Positions 29,861-42,806 of a stretch of 64,000 nucleotides of DNA are shown here, piece after piece. The notes under the pieces are model-generated. The model saw only the letters and a list, made by a program, of their open reading frames with translations, searched no databases and was not told where the DNA came from. Within the stretch, counting starts at the first letter, position 1. Each line of letters opens with the position of its first letter. The DNA comes from Balanoglossus misakiensis (Eukaryota; Animalia; Hemichordata). A program made the translations under genes and the position numbers. Location of the stretch: contig CM082588.2 in NCBI GenBank assembly GCA_040954595.2, positions 4,404,156 to 4,468,155 on the forward strand, written 5' to 3'.

Positions 29861-30371
29861 AATGCGAAACAATATAATGGAGTGAACTGTATGATATCGG
29901 GGGCTGGATGATTTTCGAAAAAATGCTGGCCAAATACGAAACACGAATACTGCTTTTGAAGTACAGAAAAAGGATTGACTTGTAGACTACTGAAAAACCC
30001 GCTGTGTTCAGCCAACTTTAGGCATACACGTTGGCTTCAGTTGTCTCTGGAGTTGCCGCCTGCGGCAGAATTTCTAAAGTATTAAAGTACAGTAAGCACT
30101 AAGAAGTCTTCAAAGACACCACAACCACGGAGACAGAAACGCCACCAACGTCGATACGTTACCCAACATGCATTGCACACAATATGGCGACGGTCGTGGA
30201 AGTAATCGACAAGGTTGATTTAACTCTAAAGCCAGAGAAGAAACGCGTGAAGAAAATGAAGAAAGAGAACAGTAATGGCGGTCAGTAGCCCTCTGTACAA
30301 TAGATGACAAACTTTCCGGTAGCCTCGATTGCCATCACGGGTGCAGACGTGCAGTCGACATTGCGAAACAC

Positions 30372-33300
30372 ATGCCGGCGAAAAACACGAAACCACGTGT
30401 ACGGTGTAAATTGTGAAATCTGGTACAGGCTTGCTGGTTTATTTCAAGTTGACAATGAATGTGTTACTAAAAGCATAACAACCGACACCATCTGCTCAGT
30501 CATAGCTTACACGATGGTTTCTGCAGTACCTAGTTCGAAATTTTGCCTGGTGAAGGTGGGGTAGCACAATCTAGCTTTGCTCAGTCCAACCCCACACGTG
30601 CACCATACTCCATAGCTAGCATAGTAGCATGATATTATATCTATTTTCAATACTTAGTGAACACATCATCAGACTTCAGCTCTGCAGAAGGCCTGGAGAA
30701 GCTACGCAAACAAAAGAAGATGAAGTTACAAAAAGTGAAACAAGACAAGCTGAATGAAATGAAAGTTAAGAAAATGAAGAAACTGAAACGAAAACATGAA
30801 AATACAGAAGAAAGTGAAGGTAATATAATGGAAAAAAGCACTTCCTGTTTTGCTCAGCTGTGATTTTTGTAACTAAATCCTCTCTTTATCAAAACTCATG
30901 GCCATCACAACTGTGCTGAAGTTCACTTACTCATCTGGCTCTTGTTTTCTGCCAGTATCCACATCGACAAAAGTGAACAAAACTTCAGAAGACCAAGATG
31001 TCCACAGCACTGAAGATGACACAGAGTCTTCCATGGCAGAGAGGGGTCTGCCGGATGGAAGCAGTGAAGTTGATGTGAAAGATGAAAGTGAGGAGTTAGA
31101 TGAGCTGGAGGAGGAGGATGAAATTGATGATGCAGAGGAGGAAGAGTCCGAGGGTACTCCCAGTGCATCAGAACTGCCACAAATCAAATGTGAGTTGAAA
31201 ACAAAACAAAACAAAAATGTTCTCTGTATCTTATTGAACATTACAAGAATGGAATAATTGTAATTGTTAATTTTTACATCTTATCTGACTTTTCTCAGCA
31301 AGTGGTATATCGTCCATCTTGACCGATACCAAGTTCTCCTCCCTTCAAGAAAAAGTGTGTGAGGCAACATTGAAAGGCATCGAAGAAATGGGATTCACAC
31401 ACATGACAGAGATTCAAGCCAAGTCTATACCACCTCTCTTGGAAGGAAGGTAAAAATAAAGAGTACTAGCGTGCTGGCTGATGTAAAATGACAAACCATT
31501 CCAAGCAATTTTTGTGCGTGTGAATTAGACCATCTTTCTCATACAAATCTTTTCCCAACCTTTCCGACACAGAGATCTGCTGGCTGCAGCCAGGACGGGC
31601 AGCGGCAAAACGCTGGCCTTTCTCATTCCGGCCATAGAGCTCATGTACAAACTGAAGTTCATGCCGAGAAACGGAACAGGCATCATCATCCTGTCGCCGA
31701 CCAGAGAGCTGTCCATGCAGACGTACGGCGTCCTGCGCGAAGTACTGCAGCAGCACCACCACACGTTTGGTCTGGTGATGGGCGGAGCCAACAGACAGGA
31801 AGAGGCGAAGAAGCTTGGGAAAGGTGTCAATATCCTGGTTGCTACCCCGGGTCGACTGCTTGATCATATGCAGGTATGAAGTACTGACGTCACAAGATTG
31901 ACCCCATAATGACCTCAAATGACCTGATAAAGGAGATGATCAGTGATGATAGAGTTCATGCACCACGCATATTTCACCATGAGTGAGAACTAGACTCAAC
32001 TTCAGATCTGAGATCATCAATTCATCCTTGTCCCTCCCAAATACTCGTTTAGACTATCCCTTCTGTATTGTGGATGTAGACTTTTTCAGCTCCTGCATTT
32101 ATGATAGAGTTCTGTTAAAATCAGCTCAGTAATCTGATGCATTTCTTGTCTCTTCTGTTGGCAGAACACACCACAGTTTATGTACAAAAACCTGCAGTGT
32201 CTTGTCATTGATGAAGCCGATAGGATTCTGGAAGTAGGATTTGAAGAGGAAATGAAACAGATCATCAAATTATTACCAAGTAAGTTGTCGAGGACGGTTG
32301 TGTCAGTCCAACGACCAGACACAGAGATGATCAGTGATGATAGAGTTCATGCACCACGCATATTCCACCATGAGTGAGAACTAGACTCAATTTCAGATCT
32401 GAGATCATCACCCGTGCCAACTTGGTCTATTGCCTGCTTGTCTAGTATACACACCAAGTTGCTTTCCAGAACCCAGAGTTGTCAAAATCCATGTAGGGGA
32501 AGGCTCAAGTTCTTTTTGGGGAAAACTTGTAAATTTGAATGTGTAAATTTCTTTGTCCATTAATGCACAGCCTTTGTAATGTTGCGGATTTGAATTCATT
32601 TCACTCCACAGAAAGACGACAAACCATGCTGTTTTCTGCAACTCAAACTAGAAAGACAGAAGATTTAGCCAGAATATCACTGAAGAGACAACCCATCTAT
32701 GTCGGTGTTGACGACGACAAAGACAAAGCGACGGTTGAAGGTTTAGAGCAGGTCAGTCACAGTTGAGAGATTTTGCAGTGTTCATTTTTGCTAGTTAGCA
32801 TTCTTGTCATGTCCCACTTATTAATGATTTTGAAAAAACTTGCTGCTCGAGGGAGGTGAGGAATAGTGTTGTCAAAATTCTCTCTAAATTCTCAGCAATA
32901 CAGGTCAGTTGTGTTTACCATGTATTATATGCACTAATTTGCTATTCTTCATTTTATCTGCAGGGTTATGTGGTGTGTCCTTCTGACAAGAGGTTTCTTC
33001 TGCTCTTCACGTTTCTCAAGAAGAACCGTGACAAGAAAGTCATGGTGTTCTTTTCATCGTGTATGTCGGTGAAATATCATTGCGAATTGTTGAACTACAT
33101 TGATCTCTCAGTGATGGCCATTCATGTAAGTGTGCAATACTAGGCTGATATGTAAACATTTTCAGAATCAGTATGTTTATTACGAGATCAGTTGACACGA
33201 GATGATCAGTGATGATAGAGTTCATGCACCACGCATATTCCACCGTGAGTGAGAACTAGACTCAAATTTAAATCTGAGATCATCATCCCTATCGAACAGT

Positions 33301-34854
33301 ATAGCTTTGGGAAGAATTATTTGTTAAGACTTGTTACATTTTGATCTTTGCTGTCGCAAGAGGTGACAAATTTGGTTGCAGTTTTCTGTCTGTCATAAAA
33401 CTGACAAATTCAGACGATGAAAAATTTGCTGGGAATAAGTTTAAAAAAATACATCCATTGCTAGTTAATTTCTTACTTTTCATGTCGCTTGGATAGTGAC
33501 TTGACATTCAGTATGGTTGATCAAAAGTGAAATTGAGAATTGACTTCACTGTGTCAACTCGTCTTTCTTCAGGGTCGACAAAAACAAACCAAGAGAACAC
33601 AGACATTCTTTCAGTTCTGCAACGCAAAGAAAGGAATCTTGCTCTGCACTGATGTGGCTGCCAGAGGTTTGGACATCCCCGAAGTTGATTGGATCGTTCA
33701 GTACGATCCGCCAGATGACCCCAAGGTAAGACATGTGATTGGAGAATGCAATGATCTAACCAGATTGTGATTGGATAGTTGAGTATGATGCACCAATGGT
33801 GGGCCTGAGGTAAAAATCTGATTGGATGGTACATTTTGGGGTCATCACATGGTTCCAATCTAATGAATTTCTTGCAGTGACTATTGAAAATATTTTTTTT
33901 AATCAATAAAGACTGTGGCTAGGAGTGAAGAAAATGTTAAAATTGATGATGAAATGTTTATTTTGTGTTTCAGGAATACATCCACAGAGTTGGTCGTACA
34001 GCCAGGGGGTTAGAGGGCAAAGGTCATGCCTTGCTGATTCTGAGGCATGAGGAGTTGGGGTTCTTGCGGTACCTGAAACATGCCAAAGTACCGCTCAACG
34101 AGTTTGAATTCTCTTGGAGTAAAATTGCAAATATTCAATCGCAGGTACGTCGAATTTGCAAATCTGTTGCATTTTGGATAAGATTTGGAGACACTTTGCA
34201 CTGAGCGTGTATATTTTAACAGTCACAACAGTGATGTTTGCTCGTTCCTTTCATAGTGACATCATTTGTTTTCTTTCCTTGCAGCTGGAAAAGTTGATTT
34301 CCAAAAATTACTTCCTTCACAAATCCTCCCAAGAAGCGTACAAGTCGTACGTTCGGGCCTACGACTCGCACAGCCAGAAGAACATATTTGATGTCAATAC
34401 GTTGGATCTGCAGAAAGTAGCAGTGTCTTTCGGTTTTCAAGTGCCACCCAGTGTTGACCTCAGTATCCTTTGACCTTGTTAAATAGTTTGTGTACTGTTT
34501 CCTTCTAATGGGTGACAATAATGTGTGTGTGTCTGTGAGAACCCTTTGAACCTGGGTCGAAAGAAAACTTTTCTCTATTACTACATAGGGGACATGGCTA
34601 GTTTTATATCTGATTTATGATTTCATGGGTGACTGTGTTCCCACTTTTTTTGTTAGAAGATGTAAAATACTTCAGTTCATTTGCCTTAACCATGTGTCCT
34701 CACAGGTGTTCATTCCAGCAAAAAGCAACAGAAGGTTGCTAGGAGACGGGGAGCGCCACCACCAGGAGCCTCCGCATACTCAAACAAGGCTGCATTCAAG
34801 AGCAAAATTTACAGACCCGTGGAAAAACAAGGGAAGAGGCAGTTCTCGAGATAA
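30372..34854 (+). CDS. DDX18: ATP-dependent RNA helicase DDX18 (HAS1/pitchoune), multi-exon
   Basis: Exons: 30372-30396 (tentative start, weak donor), 30658-30819 (acceptor uncertain), 30956-31189, 31299-31449, 31573-31873, 32165-32279, 32612-32751, 32964-33125, 33573-33725, 33974-34144, 34285-34462, 34706-34854. GT-AG junctions are phase-consistent. Motifs: Q (GFTHMTEIQ), [46 protein letters not shown]; Lys-rich then acidic N-terminus; C-terminus ...[16 protein letters not shown]. Confidence 0.95.
31935..32018 (+). ncRNA. Intronic box C/D snoRNA, copy 1 (DDX18 intron)
   Basis: 84 nt; terminal stem GATGATC/GATCATC; C box GTGATGA (31943-31949); D box CTGA (32008-32011); C'-like ATGAGTGA. Same strand as a ribosome-biogenesis host gene. 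Confidence 0.85.
32326..32409 (+). ncRNA. Intronic box C/D snoRNA, copy 2
   Basis: Same 84-nt architecture (GATGATC stem, GTGATGA, CTGA at 32399-32402, GATCATC) in the next intron; flanking intron sequence is not conserved with copy 1. Confidence 0.85.
33201..33284 (+). ncRNA. Intronic box C/D snoRNA, copy 3
   Basis: Third 84-nt copy with intact stem, C box and D box (33274-33277); differences are concentrated just 5' of the D box. Confidence 0.85.
34463..34705 (+). other. U12-type (minor spliceosome) GT-AG intron, last intron of DDX18
   Basis: 5' site GTATCCTTT; branch site TTGCCTTAAC (34681-34690) ~16 nt before CAG; no real polypyrimidine tract. Splicing joins ...PPSVDL to SVHSSKK...RQFSR*. 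Confidence 0.9.
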
Positions 34855-35196
34855 CACGAAAAGATACAGATGCCAAGGGATGTAGAGCAGCTAAATTGCG
34901 CGACAGAAATATTGAAATCATGTGTTTCCAGCAGATGTAACAAACAGACATATATTTGTTTTTATAGCTTGGAATGAAAATCTGGAATTTCCGCTTGACT
35001 GATACACTCAGCAGGCAAGATAGATGATCTATTTTAAGTCTATTCATGTTCTTTCCTTGATTCAGGATCAATTGATATTAAGATATTAAAAACCATAAAA
35101 TTTACAAATTGTGTCTATGTATGACTGTCTTTTCATGTGTAGTGAGGGTAAATTACTTATGCAATCAAATGTTTAAGGTGAGAAAAAAAAATCCAG

Positions 35197-35230
35197 AATA
35201 AAGATATTGTTCTACAATTTTACCTTTATT
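35197..35230. terminator. Opposed polyadenylation signals of DDX18 (+) and TMEM50 (-)
   Basis: AATAAA at 35197-35202 (+) and TTTATT at 35225-35230 (AATAAA on -), between the two stop codons. Confidence 0.55.
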
Positions 35231-35594
35231 CACTAACATTGACATTTCTACACAGATATGAATTCCAATCAAGCTGATAATTCAGTGGAATCTCACATAC
35301 TCCCCACTGATGCATAAACCCGGAACATTTTACATACTTTTGCATGCTACTACATGAAAACTATTAACATTTAAATACAAGATGGTGCATGTTGAATGAC
35401 TTTGTCACTTCAAGCCATTCAATTCCTTTTTTGTGGTATATTTTTGTCCATCTGAGGAGAGGAACGTAGACATTTTACAAAACAAGCTATTCTCAGAAAT
35501 GCCTTAATATAAACATGGATTTTAATGTATATGGAGATTGAGAAAAACTGCAACACTATTTAAAAGTCAGTTGTTAATTTCCTTGGGTCACATG

Positions 35595-37420
<1,826 letters not shown>

Positions 37421-40400
37421 CTCGGTGTTGTTGTTACTGTGTAGTCGAAATGTACACACCAGTCGACTGTTGCTTGCGGTCCCTCAAATTTTCTCGTAAG
37501 CTGTCACGGTGAAATCTGTGGCTTTTCTAACTCAGTTAGGGATTCGTTGTGATGAGTACTAGATACGGAGTCAGTCTTGAGACAGGTAACAGTGTATGTG
37601 CCGAAAACACGGTGAAATTACTGCTGGATATCATCCACAGACATCAAAAGCAAAATGGCTACGCACTTCCTGCTCAAGGGTCATAGGTTAAATTTGATTT
37701 TGAGGCTATTTCTTCTTCTATCGGTAGGTGGCGCTTCTCTATACATGTATGGTTTCACACATTGTACTTTCACCATGTATAAAATTAAGTTCAACTCAGA
37801 GATAATGGTTGTATTTTGATTTCTTTCATTCACTCATTCTGCTGCAGCTTGAATGAGACATGAACATGATGAAAGTGTCCCTTTCGATTCCGTGGTTTTC
37901 AAAGTGTATTCCGTTCAAAGTCATGTCACACAGTTATCTTTCATCGCCGTCAGAAAAATCCCTAATTAATCAGTAACTTTTTTCTTCAGAAGAACAAGGG
38001 TACGAATTGCTATGCCCCTGTGGGCTCAATGACACGTGACATGTCATATCGCACACCCCACGGTCTTCTGTTGTCAATATCCTTGTGATGTTACCTTTAA
38101 GTGCCCAGTATATATTTGAGGAATAAAACAATCTCTTGCCGTCACGTCACAACAACCTATCATTAAAAATCACGACAATATGAAGAGAAAGGCCGGCTGC
38201 AGTGTTAGGATTGTCGGCTATTCAACCACCAACACAAAAGAAGTGAGGACAAAACTATTGTTATTTATTTCTTGAATTTTTAAGGATACATTGTAACCCA
38301 ATCATGCAATCCAATTAATTTATATCGCCTTCCTAACTCTTCGCACACCTGGCCATATCATAAGCTGATGGCTGTCTGAATATTGTTCCGTAACAAGGTC
38401 TGAAACATTAACACAAGATAGAATTCGCTCGTGTCAATTCGAAATATTCCGCAGGTGGAATCGAACTGACCGACGACTGTTTGGCCTCAGCAATAACAAT
38501 TGTGCAAATTGGTTTAATAAAAAATCACGACTCATATTTATTAGCCCCGGTTCAAAGCACTCGGATATGATGAAATGCACAATCTGCCCTCGCATAGCGT
38601 CCCGTCGTCATGGCTACTGCGCGTAGCGATCACATGATGGCGTCTCCCGTGATGGCCATGTGTCAATTTCATCATATATTTAAATGACAACTTTTCATGC
38701 TTTTCCTATAGCACAAAGTGTGAAGATATAGAAATATCTTCAGAGAAGTGGATATTGGGTCAGGAAAGTTCATCTAGGCCTACACGATAATTATAAACTC
38801 GAGTCAGTCACCAAGAGATTAATACAGCTAGGCGCAGGTGTTGGTGCTGGCCGGCTACGCGTTCACTAGATGAGATATCGCGTAAAAGCGCTCAAATACA
38901 GTAATATTCACGTCGTCCTTTTCACAATCTCTCCCTCAGTTCTCCCTCTTTTGCTCCTAGCCACAATAGGCTCTATATAAATCACGATAAATCGGACGAT
39001 GTGCTCATATGTGTAACGGGTGGTTACCAAACTACGGAAATTTACATATCGCTTCTATTGTTATGCTAATATTTAGTATATCGAACGCGAACCGTTTCCA
39101 TTCACATTGTACATTGCATTGCTGCAGAGAGATAAATGACAGAGACGGCTGATCGCGGTAGCTCCCAGTTCAACAGCGCGCAAAACTCCGTTGAAACAAC
39201 AGCCAGAGATGGTGGATTTGCTGAATGAATATTTGTGGTCGCGACATTCTGGCGATCGTTTTGAGAAGATTGGAATACCACATCTCTGGGTAAGGGTGCC
39301 AGACATTATAAGTATAACCTGTGTCTGTCATAGACTGCACTGTTTATCATCTTGTCGCCATGTTCACAGTCTCACAAAGTTACATAGCTTTACAGTTACA
39401 CCGAAGCCACTCAAATCAAAACAGCACAAGTAATGGTAGCGAGGCTGGGCTAGTTTAGAATGAAAAGAAATGTACACCACCGTTGATCCTCACCGGGGAT
39501 TACATCTGTGTTCATTTCAAATCCTAATGAATTTATAATGTTAGCCGTCGGTTTACCAAAATACCAAATGTAGACATCGTAGCGCATAGCTGAATCAATA
39601 GCAACCGAGACTCGCCTTGTATGTTTGAATTCCACCTTGTGTATTTGACAGTAGATCATCTGTATTCGATAAGATATCACCGTCAAGTTGACGGAACAAT
39701 TTGCAATTGATTGCCGACAGTAAACAACCGTTTAAACAGAGTTGTCAGGTAGAGACGGCCTCTCGTTCCCGATCCCGGTTAGCCGGTCAAGCTTGAATAA
39801 GCTTGGATTTGTGTGTGAGTGTCTTCCCTTACAAAGTGGTGGTACGGTGTGTACGGATTTCCGTTAAACGTTAGACTTAATTAGCACGCTATCCGTTGTA
39901 TTAAAATTACCGTGTTATCTTCACTGTCAAATTGACACAGTGATTGCGCTTCCAGTAAGCCACTTCTAATGATGTTTGAACTGTGTGATTGTCTGGTAAG
40001 ATCGGAAATCACTGAAAATTAATTTTTGATTCAATTAAAATGGCCAGGGTGGCTGTCTGCTGTGAGAAGCAGTTTAATATGTACACTACATACATGGTCA
40101 AAACTTTGGAATTGGTAAAATGCTGTTCTGCTGTGTGTGTGTGTTTGTTCATGTTTTTAACTGTCATTAAATAGTGAAATAGGTGTGTATTCAATCTTTC
40201 CTTTTGTCAGCTGTTACAACAAAAATCAAACATTATTTATTGACTTAAATGTTTATTGAAAGGTATCATGAATAAATTATCTAAGTGCAATATAATCTTA
40301 CTGTATGTGTATCAAAACAATATGGGTGTACCCATGATCCAGTTAGTGTTTTGTCCTACCTAATTACCTCAGGAGAATGTTTAACACCCCCCCCCCCCAA

Positions 40401-40562
40401 TATTTACTGGAGTATTTATACTGTTCATTGTTTTCTCCACAGATTCTCTGATTTGCTAGCTGGTTGTCACAAGAGTAAACTGGGAGCACATCATGCAATA
40501 GGAATGTTCCTTTGCATATAAGTATAACTGGGCCATCCGTCTCTCATTCATTCTGAGTCAGC

Positions 40563-42806
40563 ATGTCAACCATTTACGGTGATGATGTCTCGGAGTACCT
40601 TGACGTGTCACCGGTGTCCTCACCCCCGCCGCAGAGGGAGACGATGATATTCCGATTCAGCGACGGCGGCCCCGAGGCGGTGCGCCTGGTCTTGCTCGAG
40701 CGTGGATGGATAGAATTTGAAGAAGACGAGCACGAGGACCACGAGTGGAACCTCTGGTGGAAGACGTCGCGATTCCGCATGTCCGACTACGATCAGATCG
40801 CGTCGTGGCAGCGCATGAATCATTACCCGAAGACGACCGCCATCACCAAGAAAGACTCGCTGGCCCGACACATGAGGCGGCTGAGAGGCGTGTACGGTGC
40901 CAACACGTACAACTTCTGTCCGAAAGCCTTCAACTTGCCAAACGACTACACCAAATTTGTTGCCGAGTACACCAAGATGAAGCAGACGGACGAGGACAAC
41001 TGTCTGTGGATTTGCAAACCGGCAGACCTCTCGCGCGGTAGGGGAATCTTCATCTTCCGCAACTTGAAAGACCTCCAGTACGATTGCGCCGCAGTGGCCC
41101 AGCAATACATCCACAACCCGTTGCTCATATCAGGTTATAAGTTTGACCTACGCATCTACGTACTTGTGACAAACTTCCATCCACTCACCATTTACATTTA
41201 CAAGGAAGGCTTGGTACGTTTTAGTACTGAGAAGTTCGACCTCAACACGCTTGACAATCGGTTCTCACATTTGACAAACACAAGCATCAACAAACTCAGC
41301 CCTTCCTACACGCTGGACAAAGAGAGGGTGGGGCCCGGATGCAAATGGACGCTGAACACTCTCCGCAACTACTTCCACCAGCAGAACATTGATGACTCGT
41401 TACTGTGGCAACGCATCAGTAACATGATAACGCTGACAATTCTAGCCCAGGCGCAGGCGGTTCCCAAGGTTCCGAACTGCTTTGAGCTGTTCGGCTTCGA
41501 TGTTCTAATCGACGACAACATGAAGCCCTGGCTGCTGGAGGTGAACTTCAGTCCCGCTCTTGGCCTTGACACCCAAATTGACATCCAGGTGAAAAAGACG
41601 ATGTTGAGCGATCTGGTTGACATCCTGTGTTTCATGCCGTCCGACGCAGAGAGAGGTGGGCCCTCCTTCAAGCCGCACATTCTGCGACAGACGTACAGTC
41701 GCAGTAGCAGCAGCTACGTCCCCAACCGACGGAGGTCCAGCGTGTTGTCACCCAAAAAGAAAACATCTGTTGCCTCTGGAAGCAGACTGCCTGTTATAAA
41801 CAAAAGCAGCACCACAGCAGAGCAAGAAACGCAGTCTGAAAATGCCCCCAACAGTGCGGGCGCCAAAAATCCTCTGGCCGCGGAAGAAACAGTGCAAGAA
41901 AACAGCACCACTGAAAAACGAAGTGCCCAGGATAAGGGACACACTAACAGAACAATGAACAGACGACCAATCGGGAGCCGATCATCAGGTCACATGGCTA
42001 GGGGTCAAAGGGCAACCAGACACGCGGGGCGAATCGCCATTGGCCGGAGAAAATTCAGCAGTGATTCCAAGACGTCCATTTATTCGGATAGCGGTGCAAG
42101 TGTCAAGAGCAGGTCGTCGGCAATGAGCTCACTGTCACTGCCAGACATAGAAACGTCACGGCAACAAGTTGAACAGAGGCGCGAACTGATACGAACCCGT
42201 GAAGGGACACGGTTGGCACAGTCTGCGTTGGGCCATTCTTCTCTGACAAACTCCAACCAGAATCAGCCAGCACCATCACGTAGTGGATTGGTTCCGAAAC
42301 CCCCAGATGGGCCACAGTCGTCGGAAAGACTACAACGTATGCCAACACAGGGTTTAGACAGAAAATCTCACAGCCAGCCGACCAATCCGGACAGAGCTGC
42401 CCTCCGAAGCAAACACCACGATCACAACTCTCGGTTCATCAACAAACAACGGTCTCGACACAACATCATGGCGTCTTCGGGATCCGGACTGTACAACCGA
42501 GCCACGGGTAGGAGCCGCCCACCCGCGCAAGTTGGCGACTTCATCCTCACGTTTCCAACCAACGAAGTGATGCGGCGATCGTGCGTTCCGGCCCTAGACA
42601 TGAGAGCGGTTATCCGCGAACTGAACAAGCAACTGAAGCAGAGCATTATCGCAATTCAGAAACAGAAAGGGAATGCGAACGGAGCTCGCATGGTGACCAT
42701 CGCGGGCCGCGACCTCGGCACGATGCGAGATAAAAGAAACGAAGAGTTCATCAAGTGGGAACCAATGCACCCCAAGGCTAGAGACGGCATAACCTGTAAA
42801 TCATAA
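40563..42806 (+). CDS. TTLL2: Tubulin polyglutamylase TTLL2-like, 747 aa, uninterrupted CDS
   Basis: TTL ATP-grasp motifs WICKPADLSRGRGI, QQYIHNPLLISGYKFDLRIYV, GLVRF, HLTNTSINK, FELFGFDVLID, PWLLEVNFSP. VLLERGW, PNDYTKFVAEY and GCKWTL recall TTLL2. Long S/R-rich low-complexity C-terminal half. Probable acceptor at 40441-40442 for a 5' UTR intron. Confidence 0.9.
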   Translation: MSTIYGDDVSEYLDVSPVSSPPPQRETMIFRFSDGGPEAVRLVLLERGWIEFEEDEHEDHEWNLWWKTSRFRMSDYDQIASWQRMNHYPKTTAITKKDSLARHMRRLRGVYGANTYNFCPKAFNLPNDYTKFVAEYTKMKQTDEDNCLWICKPADLSRGRGIFIFRNLKDLQYDCAAVAQQYIHNPLLISGYKFDLRIYVLVTNFHPLTIYIYKEGLVRFSTEKFDLNTLDNRFSHLTNTSINKLSPSYTLDKERVGPGCKWTLNTLRNYFHQQNIDDSLLWQRISNMITLTILAQAQAVPKVPNCFELFGFDVLIDDNMKPWLLEVNFSPALGLDTQIDIQVKKTMLSDLVDILCFMPSDAERGGPSFKPHILRQTYSRSSSSYVPNRRRSSVLSPKKKTSVASGSRLPVINKSSTTAEQETQSENAPNSAGAKNPLAAEETVQENSTTEKRSAQDKGHTNRTMNRRPIGSRSSGHMARGQRATRHAGRIAIGRRKFSSDSKTSIYSDSGASVKSRSSAMSSLSLPDIETSRQQVEQRRELIRTREGTRLAQSALGHSSLTNSNQNQPAPSRSGLVPKPPDGPQSSERLQRMPTQGLDRKSHSQPTNPDRAALRSKHHDHNSRFINKQRSRHNIMASSGSGLYNRATGRSRPPAQVGDFILTFPTNEVMRRSCVPALDMRAVIRELNKQLKQSIIAIQKQKGNANGARMVTIAGRDLGTMRDKRNEEFIKWEPMHPKARDGITCKS

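Noticed and set aside
30647-34518. Minus-strand ORFs over DDX18 (e.g. 30927-31241, 31466-31918)
   Set aside because: Antisense shadows of real exons and low-complexity Lys/Glu tracts.
37722-37737. CTCF-like motif (TAGGTGGCGC) upstream of TMEM50, and another near 60314
   Set aside because: Partial single matches; not distinguishable from background by eye.
40574-42646. Multiple antisense and alternate-frame ORFs over TTLL2
   Set aside because: Shadow ORFs expected from GC3-rich coding sequence.
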